Assembly (NCBI GenBank): GCA_937877075.1
Contig: CALEGD010000065.1
Span: forward strand, 13,906-77,905
DNA length: 64,000 nt
Direction of reading: 5' to 3'
From: an uncultured Acholeplasmatales bacterium
GTDB taxonomy: Bacteria > Bacillota_I > Bacilli_A > ML615J-28 > CAG-698
Part shown: in pieces, positions 55,332 through 64,000 of the stretch
How positions within the stretch are numbered: position 1 is the first letter of the stretch
Layout: each line of letters opens with the position of its first letter
Translations under genes and position numbers: made by a program
The notes under the pieces: generated by a model
What the model was told of the DNA's origin: nothing
Database searches by the model: none
Seen by the model: only the letters and a program-made list of their open reading frames with translations

Positions 55332-55601
55332 ATGAAATATGCAAGCAAAAAAGAGTTGTACGCAATATTCGCGATAGTTGCCATATTCTTAGTATTAGGA
55401 ATTAGTAATGGGCATAAGCTTATAGAAAGTTTAAAACCATTATTCAACTTACCAAAAATTGCTTTTGCTGGATTTCTTTCTTTTGCATTTGTTGGAATAA
55501 TAATGGCAATTGGAAATAAATTTGGTATATGGTTTGGTAAGCGTGGTGGTGCAATATTGTATTCAATTGTATTGATAATTGTTGGTTTAATTGTATTCTA
55601 A
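55332..55601 (+). CDS. small 3-TM membrane protein
   Basis: 89 aa. GGAGG RBS 6 nt upstream. Confidence 0.45.
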   Translation: MKYASKKELYAIFAIVAIFLVLGISNGHKLIESLKPLFNLPKIAFAGFLSFAFVGIIMAIGNKFGIWFGKRGGAILYSIVLIIVGLIVF

Positions 55602-55720
55602 ATCGAAGGGATTGAAATAAATTGTATATTCAACAATCTAATCCATAAAGACTAGTAAACATTGTTAGTGGTACTAGTCTTTTTTGTATGGACTTTTTTC
55701 TTTCATCAATACACACCATA

Positions 55721-55984
55721 TTATTTCAGTTTCCATAGTTTTTCTATTCTTTGAATCTTATTTTCTCTTTCAAGTTCCCTGAGAAGTCCTACAATCCAAA
55801 ATACTTGTTGTGAGGATGTTGCATTTTCATGAGTTCCCCAGTCCAATCCACATTCCCTAAAGATTTCTGCTTGCTTCATACCTTTGGAATATACACTACA
55901 TTCTTGTTTTGATTTCATATAAGAAAAAACCAAATCTTTTATTTGAAGTCTTAATTCTGTACCATCTTTTAAAAAATCTTTCAT
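55721..55984 (-). CDS. hypothetical small cytoplasmic protein
   Basis: 87-aa ORF. Confidence 0.3.
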   Translation of the reverse strand: MKDFLKDGTELRLQIKDLVFSYMKSKQECSVYSKGMKQAEIFRECGLDWGTHENATSSQQVFWIVGLLRELERENKIQRIEKLWKLK

Positions 55985-55998
55985 ATAAATTCTCCTAT

Positions 55999-56478
55999 TT
56001 ATTCCATAATACTTTTTAAATCAGCTAATTTAATTATATGTTTATACTCTCTTCCAATTTTATCAATAAAAACAAATGATAATTTTTTAGTGTTTTTAGA
56101 TACTTTTTCTAAAATTGATTTTGCCATTTCTTTACCAATAACAAAAGTATATTGGTCGCCATATAATAACTTTACCGGAAGGTTTGTAAATGGAAACTTA
56201 TCATATGGTGGATTAATTATTAAAGATTTATTTTTACTTAAATTTCTAATACCTACAAAGTCAATTGTAATAGGAATGTTTAAACTTTCATTAATTAAAA
56301 AAATTGTATAAAATATTTCTTTAGAGTTTTTTGGGTAAATTTGACCTATAATAAAATTAATCTTATATTTTGCTTTTGTATTAGCAGTAGAAATCCGAAT
56401 TGCTATAAATGCTGAAAAGAATGTTGCAATAGCTAACAATAAGTTTGAAATTGTAATTAAGATATCTCCATTTTGCAT
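55999..56478 (-). CDS. hypothetical N-terminally anchored protein
   Basis: 159 aa. One N-terminal TM helix. Confidence 0.3.
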   Translation of the reverse strand: MQNGDILITISNLLLAIATFFSAFIAIRISTANTKAKYKINFIIGQIYPKNSKEIFYTIFLINESLNIPITIDFVGIRNLSKNKSLIINPPYDKFPFTNLPVKLLYGDQYTFVIGKEMAKSILEKVSKNTKKLSFVFIDKIGREYKHIIKLADLKSIME

Positions 56479-56647
56479 AAATTATATCCTTTCTCTTTAC
56501 AAAATTACACTAAATAATCAATAAATTATCATCATTTATTCCATTAAGTATTTATTTACAAAAACCACAACAAAATGATAACACATTTTTTAAAATATTG
56601 CACCGATTTATTAGTTCATTAATAATTATTACATTTATCTATTCTAT

Positions 56648-56757
56648 CGGCTCAACATGTCGTGTCAAAGTCATCCTTGTCGACAGACAGTCCAATGACG
56701 ACGTCTTATTTCAGTCTTTGATAGGTCAGGACAGTCTTGATGTATGTCGGACTTGTC
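56648..56757 (+). repeat. GC-rich GTC/GAC-word intergenic repeat, copy B
   Basis: ..AAGTCATCCTTGTCGACAGACAGTCCAATGACGACGTC.. shares AAGTCATCC and GTCGAC with copy D, and the GACAGACA..GAC..CGTC core with copies A and C. Confidence 0.6.
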
Positions 56758-56854
56758 TATTTAATTTTGAAAAAACTTTATATTACTCAAAATAATAGTT
56801 TATTTTAGTAAATATAATAGATTATAAAAAGCATGCAATAGCCGTTATCTAGCT

Positions 56855-57208
56855 TTAAACATTAGTTAGATAGTATTGTGCGTTTTGTAAAGACATTACT
56901 ATATCATCAATATTACCATCAACTTTAGCATTTAAACAATTAACACTCACTTCCGCGATCACATGTACGAAATTAGTACTATACCAACTATTAGTTAAAT
57001 CCTCATTTCTTTTCATTTTAACATAATTATATATTCTACTAAAGTCGTGTTTAAAGACTTTATATTTGTTTCTTATATCTTCTAATTTAACATTTTCATT
57101 ATTAATAAATTCAGCTATTTGCAAAATCGCTTTTAATTCATTTAACTTATTTTCTAATATATCTTTTAATTCTTTAGCATCTAAACTTTTATAATCCATA
57201 ATCCCCAT
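56855..57208 (-). CDS. hypothetical protein (downstream partner of the kinase gene)
   Basis: 117-aa ORF. Same strand, 200 nt after the kinase gene. Confidence 0.3.
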   Translation of the reverse strand: MGIMDYKSLDAKELKDILENKLNELKAILQIAEFINNENVKLEDIRNKYKVFKHDFSRIYNYVKMKRNEDLTNSWYSTNFVHVIAEVSVNCLNAKVDGNIDDIVMSLQNAQYYLTNV

Positions 57209-57412
57209 AATCCTTCTCCCAATTATATAAATCTAATATCTTTTATATTTATTTATTCAAAATTTAATATTACTAATGCTTAAATATAGTTATTAATGAT
57301 CTTTATTTTTATAAAAATCTTCAAAAAAGGAGTGAAATACCTTTTTTCAGCCTCTTCTCTTACCTTTTTTAGTTTTTTTTATTTTCAAGGTGTTATTTTT
57401 GAATCTAATAAA

Positions 57413-58966
57413 TTAATAATCAGTTTTTCCATATAGAATATTTTTTATTTCTTGTTCTATTGCTTTATTATTTTTTAGATTTTGTGCCAAATCATTAGCA
57501 CTATACCTTATTGTTGAACATCCGTATAATATAAGCGCAGCGTGAAATTTAACGTTTATATTAATTTTGTTATTCAAAATTATCTTATATGATAATTTAC
57601 TAAAGTAATCATAATTATGAAATTTGCCATAACCAGTCGCGTCTACATAATTAGATTTAATAGATATAATTGTCTTTTCTTGTAAATTATACTCCAATTG
57701 TTCAAATATTAAATCAAAATTATTTAGTTTGTTTTCTATGATAAAGTAAGATACATTATTATTGTTAACTAAATCTATAATATATTTTTCTTCAGATTCG
57801 CCGCAAATTCCTATATGAATATTGTTTAAAATATTTATTTGATTAAAGCCATTTAATTTAATTTGAATCAACTGATTTATAGCTATTATTATCTCTTCAT
57901 AATTATTATATCTATCTTTTTTTTCATACTGTAAACATTTATTTATTATCGGTAAAATGTAATTACTTTTACCAAATGTGCCATCGCCCATAATATAATC
58001 CATTATCTTGCCCACAGAATATATATCACTCTGAATATCAACATTTTTAAAATTTTTAAACCCTTCCGGAGAAATAAATGCGTGATTATTCTTTCTTCCA
58101 GAAGATGTAATCAAACTTCTTATAATGGAACTATCTTTGCCTAAACCAAAATCTGCAATTATCAGAGAATTATTTTTTATTAATAAATTTCCTAAATGTA
58201 AATCTCTATGAATAATTCCATTCAGGGCAGCATAATTTAACAATTCTAAAATCTCTAAAATAATTTTAATTTTTCTGTTTTCAGTTAATATATTATCATT
58301 TAAATATTCAAATAAATCACATTCACATCTATCCATTAAATAAGATAAATTAGCAGCATCAAAATCGTATACTCTAAGGAATCTACTATTTGAAGATAGT
58401 TTTTCCATCATTTGATACTCATATTCAAATCTCTTCTTATTTTCTTCAGTGAGACGTTCTCGTTTTAAAGTCTTTCGTACTAAAGTATCATTCAAAATTT
58501 CAACATAACAAAAATATCCATCCCTTGTTTCATTACTATTTATTATTCTTGAATATTCTTTGTCATCAATTATAGTAAGTTCATTTCTATTTAACATAGC
58601 TTTAATCTTTTGACAGAATTCATAACATACATTATCGTTAGTAATATTCTTATTATATAAATTATATATTGCTTCAATAAATTTAATTTTGGTATCAGAA
58701 TTTACTCCTTTAAACTCATCAATCAAATTCATTTGATCATTATAATTAATGCCTACCTTTGTATAAATGTAATCTTCTAAGGAAAAATAATCGTGCCTAA
58801 AATGACTTTTTTCTAAATATTCATCTAATATTAAACCTTCATAGTAATAATTCGTCTTCGTAATCTTATTACTTGTAAAATTTTCAATTATGTAATCTAA
58901 AAATATTTGAAATGATTTTGAATCAATCATAAAATCTTCTCCTACTCTTGTGTAATTGTTTATCAT
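57413..58966 (-). CDS. eukaryotic-like Ser/Thr protein kinase domain flanked by N- and C-terminal domains of unknown function
   Basis: Central kinase core: LVRKTLKRE (beta-3 Lys), HRDLHLGNLL catalytic loop, DFGLGK, FISPEG, DIYSVGKIM. About 140 unknown residues before and ~160 after. Confidence 0.7.
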   Translation of the reverse strand: MINNYTRVGEDFMIDSKSFQIFLDYIIENFTSNKITKTNYYYEGLILDEYLEKSHFRHDYFSLEDYIYTKVGINYNDQMNLIDEFKGVNSDTKIKFIEAIYNLYNKNITNDNVCYEFCQKIKAMLNRNELTIIDDKEYSRIINSNETRDGYFCYVEILNDTLVRKTLKRERLTEENKKRFEYEYQMMEKLSSNSRFLRVYDFDAANLSYLMDRCECDLFEYLNDNILTENRKIKIILEILELLNYAALNGIIHRDLHLGNLLIKNNSLIIADFGLGKDSSIIRSLITSSGRKNNHAFISPEGFKNFKNVDIQSDIYSVGKIMDYIMGDGTFGKSNYILPIINKCLQYEKKDRYNNYEEIIIAINQLIQIKLNGFNQINILNNIHIGICGESEEKYIIDLVNNNNVSYFIIENKLNNFDLIFEQLEYNLQEKTIISIKSNYVDATGYGKFHNYDYFSKLSYKIILNNKININVKFHAALILYGCSTIRYSANDLAQNLKNNKAIEQEIKNILYGKTDY

Positions 58967-59070
58967 ATTATAAGATATATTTATATCTTAAAAAAGTAAG
59001 TAAATCCACATATTAAGTCAATTTAATTATAACATAAATAATAAAACTGTACTATATCTTTTTACGATAT

Positions 59071-59182
59071 TCGACAGTCAGTCTCTAGTCGACATCTTCT
59101 GTCGTCTGTCATTAACCGGTCAGACAGACAAAAAGACATCGTCGTTCAATTGACAATGTCTTAATTTTGTCCTATCTATGTC
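59071..59182 (+). repeat. GC-rich GTC/GAC-word intergenic repeat, copy C (longest)
   Basis: ..TAGTCGACATCTTCTGTCGTCTGTCATTAACCGGTCAGACAGACAAAAAGACATCGTCGTTCAATTGACAATGTC.. with internal inverted repeat GTCTGTC / GACAGAC. Confidence 0.6.
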
Positions 59183-59326
59183 GGAATATGAGGGTTTATC
59201 TTGGTCTCTCTTACCATCTTATTCAAGATCTTCCTTAGATATTTGCTTTGTATTCCTATAATGCTAGTATTGTTTATAATATATCATTAAAAGATTGAAG
59301 GAAATTATTTAGTTTATAAAATATAA

Positions 59327-60283
59327 TTATTTAAATTCTTTATTTACATATTTATCATATAAACATAAATCATCATTAATTTTTATTATCATTAATACAT
59401 ACAGCATAAGAAAAATCATATAATCTTCCTCATGTTGTTCAGATTCTGTACCATGAAGATAACTATTTCTTAAATCTAACCCGTTCGTAAATGTGGATTT
59501 ATTTAAATAGAAATTTAAATAATCTATTTCAGGCTTTGAAAATAATGTATCTCCATATATAATATAATCCTTTTTAAAGAGTATATCAAATTTGCATCTC
59601 GTTTCACCGGGATAATAATAATAAGAAATTACCTCGTTAAAATATAAGTCTTTTAATATTCTTATTATATCTTTGTCTATATATGATAAGTATCCTGTAT
59701 TAGAAATATTTAAAATATCATTATCGCATAGATATTGTATAGAAATCTTTTGAAATTTTTCGTACTCCTTTATATTTACATTTCTTGATATTAATGCATT
59801 ATCGAGATTTTTATATTCTTTACCTTTACCATTTTTTCTGAAATATCCAAGTAATGTTTGATCAGAGAATAATAAATACATGATTTGCTTACACTTTTCA
59901 GAATTATTGTTTAAATATACATACTTTCGTGAAATAGCACTTGGAATATCTGAAAATTGAATTGGGGATGAGAAGTTCAATAACTCTTGTGTTATTTTTT
60001 TATCCCTCACCCAAAGCCTATATTGTTTAAGGCTTTTTTCCATCTCTGGTGCTATCATTCTACATTTTTCTAAATAGGATGACTCTTCTGAAGGTATTTC
60101 TATTTGGAAATTTTTTATTTTAAATTCATTTTTTAAATAGTCTTTAAAAAACCATGATATTATTTCTTCGAAACGAATTTTTAAATTTAACAACAGCTTA
60201 TAATATGATCCCATTTGCAGAATTGCAAATCTATTTGTCATATCAAAAGCAACACCTTTTATATAGTCATTTTTAGAATACAT
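59327..60283 (-). CDS. Abi_2 (AbiD/AbiF)-like HEPN protein, probably part of a disrupted larger gene
   Basis: C-terminal LDLRNSYLHG fits the HEPN R-x4-H motif of Abi_2 proteins. The same frame is open without any start codon up to a tandem stop TAA GTA TAA at 60581-60589, then open again to 60862. Confidence 0.4.
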   Translation of the reverse strand: MYSKNDYIKGVAFDMTNRFAILQMGSYYKLLLNLKIRFEEIISWFFKDYLKNEFKIKNFQIEIPSEESSYLEKCRMIAPEMEKSLKQYRLWVRDKKITQELLNFSSPIQFSDIPSAISRKYVYLNNNSEKCKQIMYLLFSDQTLLGYFRKNGKGKEYKNLDNALISRNVNIKEYEKFQKISIQYLCDNDILNISNTGYLSYIDKDIIRILKDLYFNEVISYYYYPGETRCKFDILFKKDYIIYGDTLFSKPEIDYLNFYLNKSTFTNGLDLRNSYLHGTESEQHEEDYMIFLMLYVLMIIKINDDLCLYDKYVNKEFK

Positions 60284-60914
60284 AAAAATTTTTTCAAATA
60301 TGCCTAAATCTTCTCTTTTTGACGTATTAGAAAATCTAAAATTTTCATCAACATAATCAAAGAGATAGATAAAGTTATTAAGTAGTGTAGAGTAATCAGG
60401 GTTCTGTTCTATCCATTTTATACTATATTTAGCGATTAAAGTTAAACCATCTTTTTCCCGCTTGCTATATATTTTCCTTGCTTCAACCTGACTTTCAATA
60501 AAAATGATATTTATGCCAGTATAATACCCACTATTACTAGGGAAAAGTTTAGCCTCTAATTTTTCTGCCTTTTTTTTGCTTTATACTTAGTTATATCTGA
60601 TAATGAAAATTCTTTTATTAAGAACTAATCTTATATAATTTAAACTTGCATTTTTACTATTAATATATTCTAAAATAATAGCTTCTTTATCTACTGTGGT
60701 TAATTCTTTAGGTAAATATAGATTATTTTCACTTTTAATAACGTATTTATCTAAAATTAATTCACCTGCCTTTGGATACTTTAATAACCTTTGTTTTATT
60801 TGCTCCCCGAAAAAGTTTACTAAATTTTTAAATTTAAGTATTGATCCAATATATACATTTTTAATTTATATAAAACATGAAAATGTCTCATTACTTATTG
60901 ACTTATAAATCTTT

Positions 60915-61283
60915 TTAAATATCATCACTATTTATTTGAAAAATATAATAACCTTCTTCGGAATAAAGTTTAGTATTTTCCAACAGTTCTTTTGGATTAG
61001 CCAATTGTATAAAATCACTAGTTTCATCCATTGAAAAATTAAAAAGAGTAGATATCATTTGAGGATATTCAAAAGTAATTTCAATAGCATTCTCTCTATA
61101 ACTTTGATCAGTACATCCATATAATACAATTTTATCTGGACCCATATGTCCATAATCAAAATCCATCCACCTATAATCATTCAAATATTTGTTTATTTTT
61201 GAAATTTCAGTTTGAACATCAATTTTTTTCATTTGAAATTGTTGTAAATATATTGAATTATTATTCATAACTCCAACCTTCAT
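60915..61283 (-). CDS. hypothetical protein
   Basis: 122-aa ORF in a different frame from the downstream broken gene. Confidence 0.3.
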   Translation of the reverse strand: MKVGVMNNNSIYLQQFQMKKIDVQTEISKINKYLNDYRWMDFDYGHMGPDKIVLYGCTDQSYRENAIEITFEYPQMISTLFNFSMDETSDFIQLANPKELLENTKLYSEEGYYIFQINSDDI

Positions 61284-61536
61284 TCATTCTTATCTTTATA
61301 TGTTATATAACTTTTATTTGTTTTAGTAAAATCTATTTGGAATTAGTATTTAAACGCTAACTTGGAATTTTACGAATAATAGTAATTCTTTACAATACAA
61401 CCTAAATCTATGAGCACTATAATCCCTTGTTTTTCATATTTTCAAACAATAAGATATACTAAACTATTATTTTGTTAATTAATTCACTAAATTGGATAAC
61501 ATCCAGCGTTATTCTATCTTCTCTTATGAGTTTACC

Positions 61537-61872
61537 TTATTCACTAAAATGCTCAATGTGGTTTTTAGTTATTAAATAATAATTAAAATCTTTTTTAAAT
61601 AATTTGATACAGTACCCTTCAAGTTCACCCGGTGCACCAAAGGTTACCGTGATTTGTAATTTTGAAAACTCATCTATAAATTCAACCAAACTATCTTCTT
61701 GTTCGATTGAAATTATGTGATCACTATCTGTTGGACTATTATAATATAATATTTCAACTTTAATTACATCCTGTTTTAATTCATTAGAGTCAAACATTAA
61801 ATCTTTTGAACAACCTGACATAAACAAGATAAAACTTATAATTAATGTAAAAATAAAAATTTTTTTAAACAT
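61537..61872 (-). CDS. small lipoprotein
   Basis: 111 aa. Lipobox FMSGCSKD. Confidence 0.5.
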   Translation of the reverse strand: MFKKIFIFTLIISFILFMSGCSKDLMFDSNELKQDVIKVEILYYNSPTDSDHIISIEQEDSLVEFIDEFSKLQITVTFGAPGELEGYCIKLFKKDFNYYLITKNHIEHFSE

Positions 61873-61969
61873 AGTTTTCCCCTTTTACTTGCACTACATA
61901 TTAATAATTAATAGTTCTATAACTTGGAATTTGTCAAGCAATCGTGCAATTCCACAATTGGCAAAACAG

Positions 61970-63229
61970 TCATTTCCAAAAGGAAAAACATGCTTTACCA
62001 TGCATGGGCCCTGGCTTATCTTCTAAATGATAACTTGTAAGATTAAATGTTGATAAATCTGAATTAACAACAAAAGTATTTGTATAGTATTCAAGTACAA
62101 TTCTTTTTTCATCCTCAGTATATAAACATAAAAATTCTTTCTCATCTATTGTTTCAAAGGTATACTGTCCCTTAATGCTTTCATTCACATTTTTTGATCT
62201 ATCAGAATATTCAAATTGGAATAATTCATATGTACCATCGTCATTCATTATTAAGGTTGATTGACCTTCCTCATAGATACTATAATAATATTGACCATAT
62301 AATATTTTGCTATCTAAACATTTTGTATTAAATGTACGTTCTAAAAAATCTCCATCTCGATATTCAATTTTATAAAAATATATTTTATTCATCTCTAGTT
62401 CAATTTCTATTTGTATAAACCATGATCCTTCATATACTATTTTTTCGTTGGTGAGTTCTTGATTGTAATCATAATTTTTAATTACTATTTTAGTAAATCT
62501 TTCTTTCGAATGATAATTTGTTGTATATAAAAAGAATTGATATTTATTATTTGGTAAAAATTTATTTTTTTTAGTATAGGATTCATTAATCAAGTAAAGA
62601 TTCTTATTGGTATCACTGGATTCACTCTTATTCCACTTATAATTTACTCCACCAATCATAGCTATGGAATTATCACTCCCAGTACCATATTCACCAATAT
62701 CATAGCCAAATGCATAAGATACTATAGGAGGATGAAGATAAAACTCTGGAAGAGTACCTAGTACTTCCACACCACATAAATCATAAAAAAATGTTGAACA
62801 TCTGTTAAAAGTTTCACTTGGTCCATCATTTATTCCAAAGGATACTTTTGATGAACCATCAATGTATTCAATTGAGATACTCCAGGAACCACCATCGATA
62901 ATCCCATCTTTTTCATATTTATCTTTTAAATTGAATAACCCCATACTATAACAACCATTTATAAAAACTTTTTCTTCTTCCTCAGAAAAAGTTCTTTTCA
63001 CTTCAAGTTCTGGTTCATGTTCTTGACTAGGTAAATAGCCATTTGTTAAATATTGATTATTTACAAAATCTAATACCATATTACTTCGATATCCACCATT
63101 AAAATCTATGGTGTGATAAGAAAGTTTTACTATTTCTTTTCTATCATATTCTTTTATTCTATTACAAGATGCAAGAATAATGCCAAAAAATGAGATTAAT
63201 AAAATTAAAAAAAATTTTTTCATATTCAT
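61970..63229 (-). CDS. lipoprotein of unknown function
   Basis: 419 aa. Lipobox ILASCNR. Tyr/Asn-rich secreted domain. Confidence 0.5.
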   Translation of the reverse strand: MNMKKFFLILLISFFGIILASCNRIKEYDRKEIVKLSYHTIDFNGGYRSNMVLDFVNNQYLTNGYLPSQEHEPELEVKRTFSEEEEKVFINGCYSMGLFNLKDKYEKDGIIDGGSWSISIEYIDGSSKVSFGINDGPSETFNRCSTFFYDLCGVEVLGTLPEFYLHPPIVSYAFGYDIGEYGTGSDNSIAMIGGVNYKWNKSESSDTNKNLYLINESYTKKNKFLPNNKYQFFLYTTNYHSKERFTKIVIKNYDYNQELTNEKIVYEGSWFIQIEIELEMNKIYFYKIEYRDGDFLERTFNTKCLDSKILYGQYYYSIYEEGQSTLIMNDDGTYELFQFEYSDRSKNVNESIKGQYTFETIDEKEFLCLYTEDEKRIVLEYYTNTFVVNSDLSTFNLTSYHLEDKPGPMHGKACFSFWK

Positions 63230-63440
63230 TCCTTCCTAGTAGTATAACAACTACCTACCCCAATTTTTTGGACACATATTATTACAGTGCATATTATTAA
63301 TTTCTTATTTCGATAACTTACAATTTATCGAGCGATCATTTTATTAAAGTATATCATAATATTTTAAATAATACTACCATATTTTGTTATATTATATTCA
63401 GTTCCCATGTTTATTATCATGTCTATTCATTATAAATATC

Positions 63441-63527
63441 ACTTCACGCATCATCCGCCAAGTCATCCAATCTTCATTAAGTCATTTGTCGACCTCTTCT
63501 GTCGTCAGTCATTGACAGATCGTGTAT
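63441..63527 (+). repeat. GC-rich GTC/GAC-word intergenic repeat, copy D (internally deleted version of C)
   Basis: ..AAGTCATCC..TTTGTCGACCTCTTCTGTCGTCAGTCATTGACAGATCG.. matches copy C 25/27 over GTCGACMTCTTCTGTCGTCWGTCATT, then skips two internal segments. Confidence 0.6.
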
Positions 63528-63588
63528 CAACATACAAAAAAACCTCAAATGGTTATTGTCCCACTTGAGAGAAGTTTTAGAAATATAA

Positions 63589-63954
63589 TCATTTGGAATT
63601 AATAAGAGGTAGATATTGATCAATTGATAATGTCTTTTCTACTCCTTTATTGAACAAAGTTATTCGCCAGATATCATCTTGTAATATAGGTAAATAAAAC
63701 ATATGTCCAGTTTGAAGTGAAGCTTGAATATAACACTTTTTAAGTTCTTCTATCTTAGAAATATTCATGTTTTTGACAAAGGCAAATTCTGATGATTGAT
63801 TCAAACTTTTTACCTCAAAGATGTGGATCCTTACAAACATATCCTTCATAATAAAATCGAGATACGAAGAATGTATACCATCTAAATGGTATTCAAATAT
63901 AACAGTTGATTCTGGAACATAGTTCTTTCCCGAAAGAAATATTTCTTTTTTCAC
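63589..63954 (-). CDS. hypothetical protein
   Basis: 121-aa ORF. Confidence 0.3.
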   Translation of the reverse strand: MKKEIFLSGKNYVPESTVIFEYHLDGIHSSYLDFIMKDMFVRIHIFEVKSLNQSSEFAFVKNMNISKIEELKKCYIQASLQTGHMFYLPILQDDIWRITLFNKGVEKTLSIDQYLPLINSK

Positions 63955-64000
63955 TTATGACTATATCTTTTTAAACTTCACCAAACGGATTGATTGAACC

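Noticed and set aside
56598-56795. Plus-strand 65-aa ORF spanning repeat copy B.
   Set aside because: The other three repeat copies do not preserve any reading frame across the homologous region, so this is probably non-coding.
1-64000. Mollicutes code 4 (TGA = Trp).
   Set aside because: Long, motif-rich genes terminate at TGA, and Trp positions in conserved motifs are TGG. The standard code fits, despite the Mollicutes-like surface-protein architecture.
1-64000. CRISPR arrays, rRNA, integrase or transposase genes.
   Set aside because: No regularly spaced direct repeats with unique spacers. No tyrosine or serine recombinase or DDE motifs in any substantial ORF. The GC-rich repeats are too long, too divergent and too widely spaced (2.4-4.4 kb) to be CRISPR.

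Overview
This is an AT-rich bacterial chromosome segment (eyeballed at roughly 30% GC). It uses the standard genetic code: TGA is a stop and long ORFs are intact, so it is not Mycoplasma or Spiroplasma. The surface biology looks wall-less-Firmicute or Acholeplasma-like: many lipobox lipoproteins, and huge surface proteins held by a C-terminal TM helix plus a basic tail instead of LPXTG.

Layout of the window:
1. 1-9.7 kb: ordinary genes. A WG-repeat protein is cut by the window edge, followed by an ABC-2 exporter, a Gfo/Idh/MocA oxidoreductase, ChrA, a SAM methyltransferase, ribokinase and a SIS isomerase.
2. 9.7-34.3 kb: a large carbohydrate locus, almost entirely on the minus strand.
   - Two paralogous GT4-like (EX7E) enzymes sit at its two ends.
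   - A GH63/GH100-like (alpha/alpha)6 hydrolase is present.
   - One enolase-superfamily gene lies on the plus strand.
   - An AraC regulator, an esterase and a solute-binding lipoprotein are present.
   - A GH172/DUF2961 enzyme precedes two sugar permeases.
   - A single 922-aa ORF fuses a MalK-type ABC ATPase to a sucrose-phosphorylase-like GH13 domain.
   - Three giant TM-anchored surface proteins carry lamin-tail domains; one also has a calcineurin-like phosphoesterase.
3. 34.7-40 kb: a Phd/YefM-RelE/ParE toxin-antitoxin pair, a DUF1232 protein, and a decayed stretch of small or frameshifted membrane and lipoprotein genes that share an upstream motif.
4. 41-49.6 kb: a 2849-aa lipoprotein with Listeria-Bacteroides repeats and dozens of BspA-type LRRs.
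5. 50-53 kb: a small HD (alarmone-hydrolase-like) protein and an HTH-DUF4097 protein with a frameshifted membrane partner.
6. A tRNA (probably Pro-UGG) at 53.25 kb, followed to the window end by an accessory island. It holds an Xre regulator with membrane proteins, a eukaryotic-like Ser/Thr kinase, an Abi_2/HEPN-like gene broken by in-frame stops, and lipoproteins. Four copies of a GC-rich ~100-bp repeat built from GTC/GAC words partition it.

No CRISPR array, integrase, transposase or rRNA was recognised. All calls rest on reading the sequence and the supplied ORF track; no database searches were run.
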